DNA of 64,000 nt from an uncultured Candidatus Saccharibacteria bacterium. GTDB taxonomy: Bacteria > Patescibacteriota > Doudnabacteria > UBA920. The notes beneath the pieces were generated by a model that was not told where the DNA came from, ran no database searches, and was given only the letters and a program-made list of their open reading frames with translations. Shown here one piece after another: positions 61,863-64,000 of the stretch. How positions within the stretch are numbered: the stretch's first letter is position 1; every line of letters begins with the position of its first letter. The position numbers were made by a program, and so were the translations under genes. The stretch lies in NCBI GenBank assembly GCA_964631145.1, contig CAZVXT010000003.1:2750-66749 (forward strand). The letters are read 5' to 3'.

Positions 61863-63650
61863 ATGGCAGAAACAGATCTACAAATTATTAAGGATAAACT
61901 AGATATTATTGATGTAATTTCTGGCTATATTCCAGTCAAAAAAAGCGGCACAAACTACAAAGCAGTGTGCCCTTTTCATAATGAAAAGTCTGCAAGTTTG
62001 ATGGTTTCTCAAGCGAAGCAAATTTGGCACTGTTTTGGTTGCGGTCTTGGAGGAGATATTTTTGGATTTGTTATGCGTTATGAAAATCTAGAATTTATTG
62101 ACGCACTCAAGGAGCTTGCTGATCGTGCAGGGGTGGAGCTAAGCAGACAACCTTCTGGTAGTACAGATGCTCAAAAGCAATTGGTTGCTCAGCTGTCTAG
62201 GATTAATAATTTTGCCGCTAGCTTTTATGAAAAGCAACTTTCTGCTCCTAATGGCAAGCCTGCATTAGAATATTTGCATTCACGCGGTCTTAATCCGGGC
62301 ACTATTGCTAAATGGCGAATAGGTTTTGCACCAAATAGTTATGACCAATTACTAAAAGCACTATCTACTAAAAAAGTTTCTGAAGGCTTAGGTTTGCAAG
62401 CCGGGATTTTGTATAAATCTGAAAAAGGAAAAGTATTTGATCGCTTCCGCGGTAGAGTAATGTTTCCAATTTATGATATTAATAGTTCTGTGGTAGGGTT
62501 TACTGCACGTGTTTTGCCTGGATCCGATAGCAATACTGCAAAATATATTAATACTCCAGAAACGGCTTTGTATAACAAAAGCAAAATAATGTTTGGTTTG
62601 AATTTTGCTAAAGATCAGATTAGAAAAAAGAATCAGGTTGTAGTTGTAGAAGGGCAGATGGATTGTATTTCATCACACCAGTCTGGTTTTGACACAACAG
62701 TTGCTACAAGTGGAACTGCTTTAACTATGCAACAACTAAAGCTTTTAAAAAGATTTACTAATCAAATTATTTTTGCATTTGACGGAGATGAAGCAGGGCA
62801 AAATGCATTATATAGAGCAGTGCTTTTGGCAGTACCTTTGGATTTTGATATTCGAGTGATTAGTAGTAAAAATTACGGAGCAGCAAAAGATCCAGATGAA
62901 GTAATCAAAAAATCACCTGCTACATGGCAAAAATTAATTGATGGAGCTTTAAGAGTTTTAGATTATTATTTGCAATTAGCCCAGGATAATTTTGCCTTGG
63001 GAAGCATAGAACAAAAGCGTTATATTACAGATTATATATTGCCAATTATTAGATTGATAAAGGATCCTTTGCAAGCTGATCATTATACGCAAAAAATTAA
63101 TCAAGACTTTTCTATTAGCATTACTGCTTTAAATACTGCTCTTAAGCAGGAGAGTGATCAATCTTACAAAACTTTGTCTAGGGCAGAAGACTCTCTTGTA
63201 GTTTCTGATAAATCTAGTACTGAACATGTTTGGGAAAAGGAGATTATCGGGGGACTTTTGGTAATTCCGGACTTTAAAAACTTAGTAATGAGCGAGGGTT
63301 TGTCGACAGATTATTTTAGCGACGATGCTAAACCATTATTTTTGAGCATTACCGCCAATTTAGGTGGTCAAAATATTCAGAATTCTGTATTTGCAGGCGA
63401 GGCAACTTTTGTGGTAGAATCTTTATTAGAAAACCTAAACAACAATCAACTGGCGTTAATGCGCGAGTTAAAAAAGAGCTTTTATTTATTTAAGCGAGCT
63501 GGTCTTAATAAAGAATTGACCGCAATAACTATCGCTTTAAAACAAGCTGAACTCAACAAAAATTTAGAAGCTATAAAAGAGCTGGGCGTTGCTTTTAATA
63601 CCAAAAGCACAGAACGCTTTCAACTAGAAAACAAGCTCAACGCGGCTTAG
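61863..63650 (+). CDS. dnaG: DNA primase
   Basis: CPFH..HCFGC Zn finger, DRFRGR, KYINTPET, VEGQMD and FDGDEAG. Confidence 0.98.
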   Translation: MAETDLQIIKDKLDIIDVISGYIPVKKSGTNYKAVCPFHNEKSASLMVSQAKQIWHCFGCGLGGDIFGFVMRYENLEFIDALKELADRAGVELSRQPSGSTDAQKQLVAQLSRINNFAASFYEKQLSAPNGKPALEYLHSRGLNPGTIAKWRIGFAPNSYDQLLKALSTKKVSEGLGLQAGILYKSEKGKVFDRFRGRVMFPIYDINSSVVGFTARVLPGSDSNTAKYINTPETALYNKSKIMFGLNFAKDQIRKKNQVVVVEGQMDCISSHQSGFDTTVATSGTALTMQQLKLLKRFTNQIIFAFDGDEAGQNALYRAVLLAVPLDFDIRVISSKNYGAAKDPDEVIKKSPATWQKLIDGALRVLDYYLQLAQDNFALGSIEQKRYITDYILPIIRLIKDPLQADHYTQKINQDFSISITALNTALKQESDQSYKTLSRAEDSLVVSDKSSTEHVWEKEIIGGLLVIPDFKNLVMSEGLSTDYFSDDAKPLFLSITANLGGQNIQNSVFAGEATFVVESLLENLNNNQLALMRELKKSFYLFKRAGLNKELTAITIALKQAELNKNLEAIKELGVAFNTKSTERFQLENKLNAA

Positions 63651-63764
63651 AAACAGAAATAAAATTGCAATTAAATAGTATAAACAATAGCAGAGAAGAA
63701 ATTCTCTTGCCTTTTACTGTTTAATTAAAAATATTGCTTTGTGTTATTAATTATTATTTTATAA

Positions 63765-64000
63765 ATGCCTGCGAAGAAAAAAGAAATTAAAAAGGCTGCA
63801 ATGCCTAAAAAGATAGCGAAAAAGGCTGTTCCTAAACCAGTCGTAAAAAAAGTTGTAGCTAAAAAAGTTGCTAAACCAGTCGCAAAAAAGCCGACTGTGG
63901 CAAAGCCTATTATAAAATCTGTAACTAAAACTGCGGTTAGCAAGCAAGTATTGTCTCCAGCAAAAAAACGAACTAGTAAAAAACTTCCTGCGAAACGCAA
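63765..64000 (+). CDS. Lys/Ala/Pro-rich N-terminus of a truncated ORF, possibly RpoD
   Basis: MPAKKKEIKKAAMPKKIAKKAVPKPVVKK... is open to the window end; the RpoD guess rests only on its position after dnaG. Confidence 0.55.
   Translation, partial: MPAKKKEIKKAAMPKKIAKKAVPKPVVKKVVAKKVAKPVAKKPTVAKPIIKSVTKTAVSKQVLSPAKKRTSKKLPAKR

Noticed and set aside
63725-64000. Minus-strand hydrophobic ORFs
   Set aside because: Antisense shadows of the Lys-rich plus-strand ORF.

Overview
AT-rich bacterial chromosome segment, most likely Patescibacteria/CPR. This is inferred from the short-helix 16S with CPR-like primer-site mismatches, the unlinked rRNA genes, a full type IV pilus locus and sparse metabolism; it uses genetic code 11. 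Housekeeping genes include sod, ahpC, rny, ymdB, nusA, clpP, ligA, pyk and dnaG. There is a pilM/N/O/B/T/C/A/D plus minor-pilin cluster with an embedded glycosylation module, three canonical tRNAs, a stand-alone 16S gene, and a 23S-5S unit about 30 kb downstream. Two things stand out. (1) The 23S gene is about 3.93 kb long because helix 63 is expanded to about 700 nt. The expansion holds an ORF-free array of four tRNA-shaped genes with good acceptor, D and T arms but aberrant anticodon loops and no CCA, plus a CCA-ended non-tRNA structured RNA. (2) A 4.9-kb tyrosine-integrase element sits at the 3' end (anti-Shine-Dalgarno) of the 16S gene, flanked by a 187-bp direct repeat that includes the 16S processing-stem strand. 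Several other candidate structured RNAs are reported. All calls were made by eye without database searches, so novelty is unverified.
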